Origin: Dehalococcoidia bacterium
GTDB lineage: Bacteria; Chloroflexota; Dehalococcoidia; Plut-88900
NCBI GenBank assembly: GCA_965249275.1
Contig: CBDFLQ010000007.1
Span: 224,001 to 288,000 of the forward strand
Length of the DNA stretch: 64,000 nucleotides
Direction of reading: 5' to 3'
The translations under genes and the position numbers were made by a program. The first letter of the stretch is position 1. Every line of letters starts with the position of its first letter. The notes under the pieces are model-generated. The model saw only the letters and a list, made by a program, of their open reading frames with translations, was not told the DNA's origin and searched no databases. Shown piece by piece: positions 47,780 through 57,917 of this stretch.

Positions 47780-48011
47780 GGAGTGAAAAGCCTAACTCTC
47801 GAGATCGACCAAGGGAACTAATGGAATATTACCCTTAATGCAACTTGGAAAGAAGCTTGGCTGCCGGGATGCACCACGAAGGTTCCGGCGTGATCGAGTA
47901 GTTCGAACCATCTATTGAGTCATCCCAGCCACCCGACCTCCACACACTCACCCCTATATAATACCGACAAGCAAGCATTGTCCCGGCAAATGTTCGTTAA
48001 GGCGTACAACG

Positions 48012-49274
48012 ATGCCCCAAGACCCCCTAGATAAAGGCCCAGGCCCCCTCACCGGCGTAAGAGTCCTCGACTTTACCAGGGCTCTGGCGGGCCCTTTCTG
48101 TACCCGGCTCCTCTGCGACCTGGGAGCCGAGGTGATCAAGATCGAACCCCCGCCCGGCGACCAGTCCCGAGACTTCATGTACGTAACCGAGGAGGGCATC
48201 AGCGGTTACTTCATGCAGCACAATGTCGGGAAAAAAGGCTTGTGTATCGACCTGCGCTTGCCCTCCGGCATCGCGCTTGCGAAGGCGCTGGCAGATCTCT
48301 CCGACGTGGTTGTCGAGAACTACAGGCCCGGTGTCATGGGCCGCCTTGGGCTCGACTACCCCACCCTTACCAAGACTAATCCCGGACTCGTGATGTGCTC
48401 CATATCGGGATACGGGCAGGAAGGCAGCTACGTCCATAGGCCCGCTGCCGATCACACTGCCCAGGCCATGAGCGGCGTAGCACATCTCAACGGAGACCCC
48501 GATGGCCGCCCTCGACTCGTCGGGACCGCTGTAGGCGACACAGTAGGAGGAGCCCATGCCTTCGGGGCCATCTGCGCCGCTCTATACAGGCGGGCCGTAA
48601 CCCAAAAGGGCGAATACATAGACCTCTCCCTGGTCGACAGCCTGATTTGGCAGAACGAGTGGGCCTTCGAGTATCGCCTCCTGAGCGGTGGCCGGGACCT
48701 CCCAAAGAAAAGCCGACCAGTGGTTAACGTACATGGCATCTACAAGGCCCGGGACGGCTACATCACACTCGCCGCTGTTACTCAGGAGGGATGGGAGAAC
48801 CTGACGAGAGTCATGGAAAAGCCTGCATTGGCCTCCGACCCTCGATTCCTCACTCCACGGGACAGAGAGCTTCGCTGGAAAGACGTAGACCGGATCATCG
48901 AAGACTGGGTGATGACCTTCCCCTCGGCCCGAGCCGCCGTCCACGCTTTTACCGACGTCGGAGGTCTGGTAGGCAGCGAAGTGCTCTCCGTCCCGGACGT
49001 CTTGGAAGACCCTCGCATGGAGGAAAGAGGCCTGTTAGCTGATGTGGTAGATCCAGTCCTCGGGCCTGTGAAGGTGCTCAACTCGCCTTTCAAGTTCGCC
49101 GGGTCCATGTCCGGGCCCCGAGCCCACGCGCCCTTACGCGGTGAGCACACCGTCGCCGTCCTCCGCGACCTGTTGGGACTGTCAAGGGAGCGAGTCTTGG
49201 AGTTGATGGGAGAAGGCGCAGTTATCATCGAAGAGCGTGCCGTCGAAGCGGCCTTACGAGACCTGGGCGTTTAA
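48012..49274 (+). CDS. CaiB/BaiF family CoA transferase
   Basis: PLTGVRVLDF, LGAEVIKIEPP, ENYRPG, SISGYGQ. Confidence 0.92.
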   Translation: MPQDPLDKGPGPLTGVRVLDFTRALAGPFCTRLLCDLGAEVIKIEPPPGDQSRDFMYVTEEGISGYFMQHNVGKKGLCIDLRLPSGIALAKALADLSDVVVENYRPGVMGRLGLDYPTLTKTNPGLVMCSISGYGQEGSYVHRPAADHTAQAMSGVAHLNGDPDGRPRLVGTAVGDTVGGAHAFGAICAALYRRAVTQKGEYIDLSLVDSLIWQNEWAFEYRLLSGGRDLPKKSRPVVNVHGIYKARDGYITLAAVTQEGWENLTRVMEKPALASDPRFLTPRDRELRWKDVDRIIEDWVMTFPSARAAVHAFTDVGGLVGSEVLSVPDVLEDPRMEERGLLADVVDPVLGPVKVLNSPFKFAGSMSGPRAHAPLRGEHTVAVLRDLLGLSRERVLELMGEGAVIIEERAVEAALRDLGV

Positions 49275-49294
49275 TACCTCGAGCCGGAGGAGCC

Positions 49295-50512
49295 ATGAAA
49301 CAAGAGAGCCTCGTCCAGGACGAAGAACGGGTTATCACCGACGAAATGCTGGCTTTGGCCCGCAGCCGCATCGGTGTCCCGATGAAGGTACACGTTCCTT
49401 TCAATGAGTTCGTTACCGTGGACGCCATTAGGCACTTCGCCCACGGCACCGGCGACGACAACCCCCTTTACTGCGACGGGAACTACGGCGCCAAGACCCG
49501 ATGGGGCAACACGATTGCCCCTCCCCTCTTCTACAGAAGCACAGGCAACCCCGAGCCCCGAGACTGGAGCAAGGAAGACAGTGTCAGGGCCCGGGACCCC
49601 CTCAGTGGCATCCACTCCTGGTACGTGGGCGAGACCATCCACTTGCTCCGGCCCATCTTCCCAGGCGACCAGCTATTCGCCCGACGTTTTCGCCAGGACC
49701 TCCTCGAAAAGCGGAGCTCCTTTACCGGCGGCCGAGCAGTCATAGAGGTAGTTCGACAGGAGTTCAGAAACCAGCGCGGAGAATTGGTGGTCGTGGCAGA
49801 CGAGAAAGAGTTCCGCGGAGGCCGGCAAAAGAAGTGGGGGGAGCGAACGAAATACGCCCACTATGAGCGCCAGAGCTACACTCCGGAGGACCTCGAAACC
49901 CTTGACCGCGCCTACGAGTCGGAAGCGAGAAGAGGCGGCTCTCTGCGATACTGGGAGAACGTAGTCCAAGGTGAGGCATTGCCTTTCCTCGTGAAGGGCC
50001 CCCTCACCGTCACCGACATGGTCAACTGGAAAATGGGTGGTGGCTTGGCCATGCTGTTCCACGGCGCCCACCGCCTAGCCTATCAGTGGCGCAAAGCCCA
50101 CCCCCGAGCCTATGTTACTAACGCCGACGGTATCCCCGACATAGCAGAATCGGTGCACTGGGACGAGCATATAGCCCGTCTCACCGGAAACCCTTACCCC
50201 TACGACTTCGGAGAGCAAAGGGTGGCTTGGCTCACCCACCTCATCACGGAATGGATGGGGGACGACGCTTGGCTCCTCTCTCTTGAAAGCCAAGTCCGCC
50301 GCTTTGTCTACATAGGGGATACTGTCTGGATCAAAGGTGAGGTGACGGATAAAGAGGTCAGAGACGGCGAGCACCGAGTGACGATCAACGTGAAGGCAGA
50401 AGACCACCGGAATGAAGTAACCGCCATCGGCACCGCGACGGTCCTCCTCCCATCCCGAGCCGAAGGCCCCGTGACCCTTCCACCGAAACTGAAGCTGGCC
50501 TCGGCAGGTTAG
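49295..50512 (+). CDS. Double hotdog MaoC-like acyl dehydratase
   Basis: IRHFAHGTGDDNPLY, IAPP, second domain with HWD and GDT. Confidence 0.82.
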   Translation: MKQESLVQDEERVITDEMLALARSRIGVPMKVHVPFNEFVTVDAIRHFAHGTGDDNPLYCDGNYGAKTRWGNTIAPPLFYRSTGNPEPRDWSKEDSVRARDPLSGIHSWYVGETIHLLRPIFPGDQLFARRFRQDLLEKRSSFTGGRAVIEVVRQEFRNQRGELVVVADEKEFRGGRQKKWGERTKYAHYERQSYTPEDLETLDRAYESEARRGGSLRYWENVVQGEALPFLVKGPLTVTDMVNWKMGGGLAMLFHGAHRLAYQWRKAHPRAYVTNADGIPDIAESVHWDEHIARLTGNPYPYDFGEQRVAWLTHLITEWMGDDAWLLSLESQVRRFVYIGDTVWIKGEVTDKEVRDGEHRVTINVKAEDHRNEVTAIGTATVLLPSRAEGPVTLPPKLKLASAG

Positions 50513-50552
50513 TCTCTAACATACCGGCGGTAGAGGATCCTTTGTGATGACA

Positions 50553-52955
50553 TCACGCCAGCACCCCTTCCGCCTGTAACCTTCTGATTTCTTCCTCAGA
50601 CATGTGGAGCAGTCCACCAAAGACATAGTCGTTGTCTTCACCAAAACGGTGGCAGCGCTCTATCTGTGCGGGCGTTTCAGATAAATGGATGAAAGGCCCG
50701 GGGTACTCTACAGAGCCTATCTCCGGGTCATCGACACCGGTGAAAAACCCCCGGGAGCGGAGATTGAGATCTTCGAAAATGCGTTTCCCATCCTGGACTA
50801 CCCCCGCTGGCACACCGGCTTCTTGAAGAAAGTTCATTACTGTCTCGGGTGCGCGCTCCCGGGTCCAATCCTCTATCAGTTGGTCCAACTCATCCTGATT
50901 GGCGTGCCGACCGGCCATATCCCCAAACCTCGCATCCCTACACCATGTGGGACTCCCCAACGCCCGACAAAGGCCTTCCCATTCTTCCTCGCTGCCGACC
51001 GCAATGGCGCACCATACATCGCTGCCCTTGCACCGATATACGCTGTGGGGAGCCATCCACGCATGTCGATTGCCCAAAGGCTGGGATACGGTCCCGTTGA
51101 CGAAATAGTCCAGGTACTCCGTCCCGAGGACCGCCGCCATTGCCTCAGTCTGGGCCAGCTCGATGAGTTGCCCCTCACCGGTTCGGTCCCTGTGGCGCAA
51201 TGCAGCCATAATGGCGACGCTGCCCATCGCCGCGCTCAAATAATCGGGAGTCCAGACCGGAGGGCCTGCGGGTTCCGGGTCGTCCGGGTAAGACCACAGG
51301 TGATAAAGACCGGTGATGCTCATGGCAACCGACGCCATCCCCAGATAATCTCGCTGGAATCCCGAGAGCCCGAATGCCGGGAGCCGAGCCATGAGGATGT
51401 CTTTCCGTAGCGCTTTCAGCTCTTCGTAGCCTAAACCCCACCTCTCCATCACCCGGGGACTGAAGTTCTCCACCACGACATCGCAAAATGGCACAAGCCG
51501 TCGAATAACCTCGCGTCCCTCCTCCGTACCCATGTTGACCGTAACACTTCGCTTGTTCCGGTTGACATCTGCGAAGGTTACCTTTTGCTGGAGAACTACC
51601 TTCGGGTCCAGGTCCGCTCTCGCCCGACCCCTCTGCTGCCTTGCATCCGACTCGACCTTTATAACCTCCGCACCGTTCTCACCCAAGACTTGTGTCAGCA
51701 CCGGCCCCGCTATGGCAAAAGTGAAGTCCAGGACACGAATCCCTTGAAGAGGCAAACTCGTTCCAGGCTTACCTGTCTGTCCCGCTTCAACCGAAGGCCG
51801 CAGCACCGGCGTTTTGGTTGCCGAAAGAACAGTGAGCACGTCTACGTTATGTTCACTTAAGCCGGGGGCGGGAGCGAAGATCGCACCGGGGGTCTCACTC
51901 ATCCTTAAGGGGCTGCACACTAGCCTGCTTCTGCCCGATACCGGGTGCTCCACGTCCACGAACAGGCCCCGTTCCAAAGCATATGGGTCCCGAGTGAATT
52001 CGTCGGGCCGGTTGATCGGGCCAATTGGGATCCGGTATTCCTGTCCTTTTCGGAACAGTTCGTCCTTGGACAACCCCCTCATGAACTGCAGTACTTGGGG
52101 CTCTATGAATTCGAGGTTTGCATTGCGTACGTGTCGGTTCTCCCAAATCGGGTCCATGAGGGCTTCCGGCCTGCCCATCCATTCAAGCAAATTGTGCCAG
52201 TGCCCACGAGGAATGATTACAACGTGGCAGAAACCGTCGCTGCCCGGGTAAACGCCCTCCGGCATTCCTCCACCCAAAGGGCCTCGGTTCCCCTCTCGCA
52301 CCAGGACGGCCCTATTGGCGCTGTAGTTCACCACTATGTGCTGCTGTGATGCACTCACTTCTTGGCACGACACATCCACCCGCTGCCCTAGGCCCGTGCT
52401 CTCCCGGTGTCTTAAAGCCATGAGCAGGCCAAATGCGGCGTAGGTTGACGCCAGCTGGTAGGGCTGACATTCAGGCTCGGCCAAAGGCGCCCGTGCGGGC
52501 GAACCGCACAGGTACATTACACCACCCATGGCCGATACCACGATGCTCGGCGCCTTGAAGCCGCTGTAAGGCCCATCGACCCCAAATCCCGTGATCGACG
52601 CCACCACCAGGGCCGGGTTTTCTTTCCTCAGGCTCTCGTAGTCAAAAGCCCCCTCCACCGGGGTCTCTATTATGGCATCGGCGGTGCGGGCCAGTCCTCG
52701 GAATGTCTCCCTCCCTTGGCCCGTGGTTATGTCGAGCGTGACACTCTTCTTGTTGGTGTTCAGGTGGAGGAAGCGCAGGCTTGCTTCGTCATCAGGCGCC
52801 CCGTGCCTGAACGGGCCTATGCGCCTTGCCGGATCGCCCCCAGGAGGCTCGACCTTTATAACTTCCGCACCGAGATCGGCTAGCAGACGACCACAGAACT
52901 GCCCCTCCACCCCTGCCATATCCAGAATGCGTATCCCGTCTAAAGCCGTCTTCAT
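50553..52955 (-). CDS. CoA transferase with two fused CaiB domains
   Basis: Two copies of L.GIR.LD / GAEVIKVE / N.NK.SV. Confidence 0.9.
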   Translation of the reverse strand: MKTALDGIRILDMAGVEGQFCGRLLADLGAEVIKVEPPGGDPARRIGPFRHGAPDDEASLRFLHLNTNKKSVTLDITTGQGRETFRGLARTADAIIETPVEGAFDYESLRKENPALVVASITGFGVDGPYSGFKAPSIVVSAMGGVMYLCGSPARAPLAEPECQPYQLASTYAAFGLLMALRHRESTGLGQRVDVSCQEVSASQQHIVVNYSANRAVLVREGNRGPLGGGMPEGVYPGSDGFCHVVIIPRGHWHNLLEWMGRPEALMDPIWENRHVRNANLEFIEPQVLQFMRGLSKDELFRKGQEYRIPIGPINRPDEFTRDPYALERGLFVDVEHPVSGRSRLVCSPLRMSETPGAIFAPAPGLSEHNVDVLTVLSATKTPVLRPSVEAGQTGKPGTSLPLQGIRVLDFTFAIAGPVLTQVLGENGAEVIKVESDARQQRGRARADLDPKVVLQQKVTFADVNRNKRSVTVNMGTEEGREVIRRLVPFCDVVVENFSPRVMERWGLGYEELKALRKDILMARLPAFGLSGFQRDYLGMASVAMSITGLYHLWSYPDDPEPAGPPVWTPDYLSAAMGSVAIMAALRHRDRTGEGQLIELAQTEAMAAVLGTEYLDYFVNGTVSQPLGNRHAWMAPHSVYRCKGSDVWCAIAVGSEEEWEGLCRALGSPTWCRDARFGDMAGRHANQDELDQLIEDWTRERAPETVMNFLQEAGVPAGVVQDGKRIFEDLNLRSRGFFTGVDDPEIGSVEYPGPFIHLSETPAQIERCHRFGEDNDYVFGGLLHMSEEEIRRLQAEGVLA

Positions 52956-52977
52956 AGGCGCTTATGAGTTTGTATCC

Positions 52978-53418
52978 TCAGGCCTTCGTCCGATATCCGC
53001 CCGTGTAGTAGTTCCACGAAAACAGTTTGGAAACTTCTACTCGTACAAGGACAGGGTTGATGGACTGCTTGAGCGATTCCGAGTACCTGAGCCCTGCGTC
53101 AGGTCCAAGATACCTTACGCAAATGCGTTCAATATACTCTGCCGCCTTGGACTCGGATTCCTCCACCTCCCCCGAACCGTATATCGTGACCTGTCTGTAG
53201 GGATAGTGATCGTCGTCGATGAGAAACGACATCCTCGCATCATTTTGGAGTGCCTTGGCCCTCGGCGCGGCCCTTCCGCAGAAAAAGAAAAGTTTGTCGT
53301 CTTCATACAGATACCAGGTGGCGACAAGATAAGGAAAACCGTCTGGGCTGTTGGAAGCCGCCCTGACAATTCGCGGTTCCTCCAAAAACCGCCGTACTTC
53401 TTCCTTGGACATTTTCAT
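52978..53418 (-). CDS. Pyridoxamine 5'-phosphate oxidase-like (PPOX) protein
   Basis: DGFPYLVATWY, KALQNDARMS, SWNY. Confidence 0.8.
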   Translation of the reverse strand: MKMSKEEVRRFLEEPRIVRAASNSPDGFPYLVATWYLYEDDKLFFFCGRAAPRAKALQNDARMSFLIDDDHYPYRQVTIYGSGEVEESESKAAEYIERICVRYLGPDAGLRYSESLKQSINPVLVRVEVSKLFSWNYYTGGYRTKA

Positions 53419-53540
53419 GGCGTAAACCTTCCCTTATTTGTTAATGAGAATACAGGACCATTTTCTCATTCCTTCGGCGCACTACAGTCGGCTAAGGCAA
53501 GAAACTACACATACCAGGCCCTGCATCGATCAGCGTCCGA

Positions 53541-54479
53541 CTAGAATATCGCCAGCGGATTAGCCGGAGACCCGGTGGCATTGTGGAATCTAAGGGGTGC
53601 TACAACCATCATGAACTCCCATCGATTCCGCCGAGCACATTCCACAGCGAGGTCCTCGAGATTGGCGTTGTCAATGAGCCAAAGCCCCAGGTGTGGAATG
53701 CCTATAGCGTGATTCGGCGACCGGATGCCTTCGTAGCCTGAGGGCCAGACCTCGTTGGATTGGTCACCGGCCAGCATGGCTATGTCCCGAGCCCGCCACC
53801 ACGGTATGCACGACGCATGTGGCCCGGGCCTCGGATCATCCGACGCCGAAAGTTCCCCGGAATAGCACCGCGCCAAATGCCCCGTGCGGATTAGCAGCAC
53901 ATCCCCGGATTCCACTCTCACACCCTGGGCCTTCTCTGCCTCTTCCAGTTCTTCGGGGAAGATTGGCTCGGGGTCCATCAGCCACTTCATCCCCCGCAGC
54001 CGGGGAATGTCCAGCAGCACTCCCCTGGTAACGACCCCCTGGGCCAGAAGCTCTATCGATTCCACCTCGGCCCCCGTGCCGCTCTTGACCAGGTTGGCCG
54101 GGAATCCGTTGTACATACGGCCTTCGGTAAAGATGTGGCAGAGAGCATCGACATGCGTGATCGAATTGCCGTGGTAGGCCACACCTATAAAGTCCCCCGA
54201 TTCCTCAGCGTCCGGGCCTGCCTCCCCGGTCTCCGTCATGTAGTGCAGCACCTGTGACATCGTTTCTCCGGGCAGGTCCTTGGATATGGTCCATGCACAG
54301 GAAACGGACGTCCCATCCATTACAAGCTCCGCCGCCTGACGACGCTTCTCATCGGTTACCAGGTTCAGCGTCCCCAGCTGGTCGTCGGCGCCCCATCTGC
54401 CCCAGTTGGAGCAGCTTCCGGCATATCCAAGGACCTCTTCTTCTGTCGGCAATATTCGGCTGTTCATACTTATTTCCAA
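53541..54479 (-). CDS. Cyclase family (kynurenine formamidase-like) protein
   Basis: NWGRWGADDQLGTLN, THVDALCH, RGVLLD, GSPANPLA. Confidence 0.88.
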   Translation of the reverse strand: MEISMNSRILPTEEEVLGYAGSCSNWGRWGADDQLGTLNLVTDEKRRQAAELVMDGTSVSCAWTISKDLPGETMSQVLHYMTETGEAGPDAEESGDFIGVAYHGNSITHVDALCHIFTEGRMYNGFPANLVKSGTGAEVESIELLAQGVVTRGVLLDIPRLRGMKWLMDPEPIFPEELEEAEKAQGVRVESGDVLLIRTGHLARCYSGELSASDDPRPGPHASCIPWWRARDIAMLAGDQSNEVWPSGYEGIRSPNHAIGIPHLGLWLIDNANLEDLAVECARRNRWEFMMVVAPLRFHNATGSPANPLAIF

Positions 54480-54573
54480 GCTCCTGATAACCTATAAGCT
54501 CACTGACGAGTCCCTGCAAGTCTTAACCTTTACGATAGGGCACGTCAATCATTGTCCGTGAAACACACTTGAA

Positions 54574-54603
54574 CAGGCCCGCAACAGTGTGTGTTCGGGC
54601 CTG
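54574..54603. terminator. Possible terminator hairpin downstream of sixA
   Basis: CAGGCCCG...CGGGCCTG stem; no strong U tract. Confidence 0.4.
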
Positions 54604-54617
54604 CTTCTCACCGACCA

Positions 54618-55121
54618 CTAACCGAGCCCGATCATCTGGTCGGGCGTCATTAGCCATTCGAGCCACCCGCACCGGGTACCGCCCAACGATACCAGCCTGA
54701 GCTTACACAACGCGCCCTTCTTTAGACGGATTAACGCGGTCGGGTCTCCGCTCACGACCATCGAGACAAAGCTGCTGAGGTGTGGCTCATGCCCGACTAC
54801 CATCACGTTGTCCATCGATGCGTGCTTTGAAGCCAGCTCTTCCAAGAGCAGATAAGGATGCGCCTCTGGGACAAGGGCATTGGATGTCACTAGCTCGCCG
54901 GGTCTTGCAAGGCCGTCTCTGATTATCTGCGCGGTCTGGGCGGCGCGTAGCAGTGGACTGCTAATCATCAGGTCAAGTGACAGATCGATGGCATGCAGCC
55001 CCTTAACCTGTTGAGTCAGTTTAGTATTCCCGTGTTGCGTCAGCGGCCGTTCGTCGTCGTTTGGGTACTCGTGCCAATCTCGTTCGGCTGCAACGCCGTG
55101 TCTTAGTACGTACAAATCCAT
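54618..55121 (-). CDS. sixA: Phosphohistidine phosphatase SixA
   Basis: LRHG, RPLT, SSPLLRAAQT, VGHEP, KKG. Confidence 0.9.
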   Translation of the reverse strand: MDLYVLRHGVAAERDWHEYPNDDERPLTQHGNTKLTQQVKGLHAIDLSLDLMISSPLLRAAQTAQIIRDGLARPGELVTSNALVPEAHPYLLLEELASKHASMDNVMVVGHEPHLSSFVSMVVSGDPTALIRLKKGALCKLRLVSLGGTRCGWLEWLMTPDQMIGLG

Positions 55122-55293
55122 GCTAGCTGGAAACCCTCCTAGCCTAGCGGAACAATGTTGCCCGAGTCCGGCGCAAAACGGTGCGGTTAAATCGCACAGC
55201 CTACAGATTATGTCGCCTATCGGCTACATCGCGCAGCATTATGTAACCAAGCCATAGCCGAAAGCAACAGAACCTCGAGACTAACGCCAACCC

Positions 55294-55322
55294 TTGACAC
55301 TTCGCGCCCGTGCCAATATCCT
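55294..55322 (+). promoter_or_regulatory. Sigma70 promoter upstream of the riboswitch
   Basis: TTGACA - 17 bp - TATCCT. Confidence 0.6.
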
Positions 55323-55336
55323 CATTCCCAAATCAT

Positions 55337-55510
55337 AAACACAAACCACTCCCCGTTCAGGTGCCCATCCAGGGAGAATAGGGAAGGCGGTGAAAAACCG
55401 CCGCGGTAGCGCCACTGTAAGCGGGATTTGGAGTCGGAGTCCACTGTCGGTTAACCGATGGGAAGGGCCCGGCACCCGAGATCCACCCGCAAGCCAGGAG
55501 ACCTGCCCGA
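55337..55510 (+). promoter_or_regulatory. Cobalamin (AdoCbl) riboswitch
   Basis: AGGTGC...AATAGGGAA.GCGGTGAAAAACCGC..GCCACTGT...CCACTG..GGGAAGG...AAGCCAGGAGACCTGCC (B12 box), upstream of a btu-type ABC operon. Confidence 0.93.
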
Positions 55511-55619
55511 ACAGGAGGTGACCACTCTCCGCATAAGAGAGGGTCCCTAGCGCGTTGGGCAAGAGTCCCGGGCAGAGCGCAACAAGACCTCCAGCGGAGA
55601 ACCGCAGGAGGTCGTTTTT

Positions 55620-56696
55620 TTGAGGGTTGTCAGCCTCAATACTCTGCGAATCTACCGTCAATCGGGCGTCGCCACCCGGCTCGCGGTCGGCTCCTCAGTT
55701 CTCCTTCTCCTCGTCTTGGCAACCGCCCTTGCTTCACTCAGTCTCGGGCCCGTCAACATACCCGTAGACCACGTCGCTTCAATTGTCCTGTCATATCTCG
55801 GACTCGATTTCGCGACGTTTGGACGCACCGAACAGCTCGTCATCGAGCAGATCAGGATTCCAAGGATTCTGGTCGGGGCCCTTGTCGGCATGGCCTTGGG
55901 CGTCGCTGGCGCAACCATGCAAGGCCTCTTCCGTAACCCGATGGCCGACCCCGGTATCATCGGCATCTCCGCAGGCGGCGCGGTGGGAGCAGTTGTGGCC
56001 ATCGCCTCTGGGCTGGCCAGTCTCTTCTTCTTGGCCCTGCCCGCATTTGCATTCGTAGGCGCGGTCGCTGCCTCATTCCTGGTCTACGGCATAGCCGCCG
56101 TCGGTGGCCGCTTCTCAATGGCCACGCTGCTTCTTGCGGGAGTGGCAGTTAACGCATTCCTGGGGGCCATTGTCTCCGCAATCATCATCCTCTTGCCCGA
56201 CAATGGAGCCCTCCGGGAGATATTGTTCTGGCTCGCGGGCGGCCTCGACTCCCGCTCCTGGGAGCACGTTCGTATCGCCGCTCCACTGATACTCGGCGGG
56301 ACGGCGGTGATAGTAGTCATGGCACGAGACCTGAATCTGCTAACTCTCGGCGACGATGAAGCTCGCTCCATGGGTGTCCGAGTCGGCCTCACCCGCGTCT
56401 CCCTTCTAACAGCAGCAGCTCTAGCGACGGGCGCCGCCGTGGCCGTGAGCGGGACTATAGCCTTTGTTGGGCTCGTCACGCCCCATATTCTTCGCCTGGT
56501 CCTCGGCCCCGATCACCGGGTGCTGATTCCCATGAGCGCCCTTGGAGGTGCTGTGTTCGTCGTACTGGCCGACACGGTTGCCAGGACCATCATCCAACCC
56601 GCCGAGTTTCGTGTAGGTGTCCTAACGGCATTTGTCGGGGCGCCCTTTTTCATTTTTCTACTCATCAGGAACAACCGACAGGTGTATTCATTGTGA
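55620..56696 (+). CDS. btuC: Cobalamin/iron-chelate ABC transporter permease
   Basis: RIPR, FRNPMADPGIIG, GDDEARSMG, FVGLVTPH, GAPFF; riboswitch context. Confidence 0.88.
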   Translation: MRVVSLNTLRIYRQSGVATRLAVGSSVLLLLVLATALASLSLGPVNIPVDHVASIVLSYLGLDFATFGRTEQLVIEQIRIPRILVGALVGMALGVAGATMQGLFRNPMADPGIIGISAGGAVGAVVAIASGLASLFFLALPAFAFVGAVAASFLVYGIAAVGGRFSMATLLLAGVAVNAFLGAIVSAIIILLPDNGALREILFWLAGGLDSRSWEHVRIAAPLILGGTAVIVVMARDLNLLTLGDDEARSMGVRVGLTRVSLLTAAALATGAAVAVSGTIAFVGLVTPHILRLVLGPDHRVLIPMSALGGAVFVVLADTVARTIIQPAEFRVGVLTAFVGAPFFIFLLIRNNRQVYSL

Positions 56697-56721
56697 AATA
56701 CGGCAACTGAAAGGAGCCATC

Positions 56722-57912
56722 GTGTCCATTAGAAAGCTCAGTGCCCTCTTCGTCGCCCTTGCGGTCTTGCTGGTATTGGTCCTGGCGGCATGTTCATCCG
56801 CAACGCCAACGCCTGCACCAACAATCTCTCCGACCACAAGCCCAGTCTCGACAACCGTTCCACCTACCATCCAAGCCCCAGCCCCGACAGAGGTTCCAAC
56901 CGTGCCCTCGGCTCCGGCCCCGACAACGGCACCATCCCCGGTTCCACCCGCGCAGCTCGACCCCACACCCACTCCCAAACCGGCTGTCAACTACTTCGAA
57001 GGCGTCCCGGGTATCGTTGATCCCACCAACTTCGGATGGCCGCGTGATGTCGAGGGAGTAAACGGCATCGTCAGCATCCCTAGCAAACCTCTCCGTGTCA
57101 TCACGGCCTCCGTCGGCCACGATGAAATAACGCTGGCTCTGGTGCCCAAGGAACGGCTCGTAGGGGTAGGAAGTTCTACCAAGAGTGTCACCTACTCCAA
57201 CGTGGCCCCTTTAGTTCAAGACATAGCCGAGATCACCCGTGACCCCGAGACCATAATCACCCTATCCCCGGACGTCGTCGTCACTAGCCCCTACTTCGCT
57301 GCAGAGGGAATCGATGCCCTTTCAAGGCTTGGCATTCCGGTAGTCCAGACCGACTTGCACCAGGGCCCCGAGGCACGAATAGACAACATTCTGCTCATGG
57401 GTTATATCTTCGGAGAGGAAGACCGTGCCGTAGAGTTCGCTGCAGAGGTTGGGGATAGATATGAATCTCTGGTGTCAGTCACCGGGACAGCCGAACCGAA
57501 GCCTCGGGTGCTGGCGTTGACCCAGTATTCCGACACCATCTGGACCGCTGGCAGAAACTCTACAGAGGGCAGTGTCATTACTGCCGCAGGTGGAATCAAT
57601 GCAGCCGAAGAAGCAGGAATAGAAAGTAACCAGACTACGAGTCTGGAGGGAGTCATCGCCATGTCTCCCGATATCATCGTCATTGCCCAACCCGTGGAAT
57701 TCGGCGCCGCCGAGTTCCGGCAAAGCCTTCTCGACAACGAAGCCCTCGCCGAGGTCCCTGCAATCAAGAACGGCCAGGTTCACTTAGTTGAAGGCAAGCA
57801 CTTCACCACGCTCTCCTACTGGAACATCCGTGGTGCGGAAGATTTGGCCCATTTACTTTGGCCGAACCTATTCCCCGAACCCATAACCACCCCATTCACC
57901 CTCGCCGAATAG
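56722..57912 (+). CDS. btuF: Cobalamin ABC transporter substrate-binding lipoprotein with a Pro/Thr-rich linker
   Basis: LAAC lipobox, PT-rich linker, periplasmic binding domain (PDVV, AGGIN, PAIKNG); GTG after AAGGAG. Confidence 0.85.
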   Translation: MSIRKLSALFVALAVLLVLVLAACSSATPTPAPTISPTTSPVSTTVPPTIQAPAPTEVPTVPSAPAPTTAPSPVPPAQLDPTPTPKPAVNYFEGVPGIVDPTNFGWPRDVEGVNGIVSIPSKPLRVITASVGHDEITLALVPKERLVGVGSSTKSVTYSNVAPLVQDIAEITRDPETIITLSPDVVVTSPYFAAEGIDALSRLGIPVVQTDLHQGPEARIDNILLMGYIFGEEDRAVEFAAEVGDRYESLVSVTGTAEPKPRVLALTQYSDTIWTAGRNSTEGSVITAAGGINAAEEAGIESNQTTSLEGVIAMSPDIIVIAQPVEFGAAEFRQSLLDNEALAEVPAIKNGQVHLVEGKHFTTLSYWNIRGAEDLAHLLWPNLFPEPITTPFTLAE

Positions 57913-57917
57913 AGTAC

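Noticed and set aside
47980-48000. LexA box upstream of recQ
   Set aside because: Only a half-site (CGAACATTTGCC on the minus strand); too weak to call
56800-56980. Repetitive CC-rich DNA in btuF
   Set aside because: Explained by the Pro/Thr-rich lipoprotein linker
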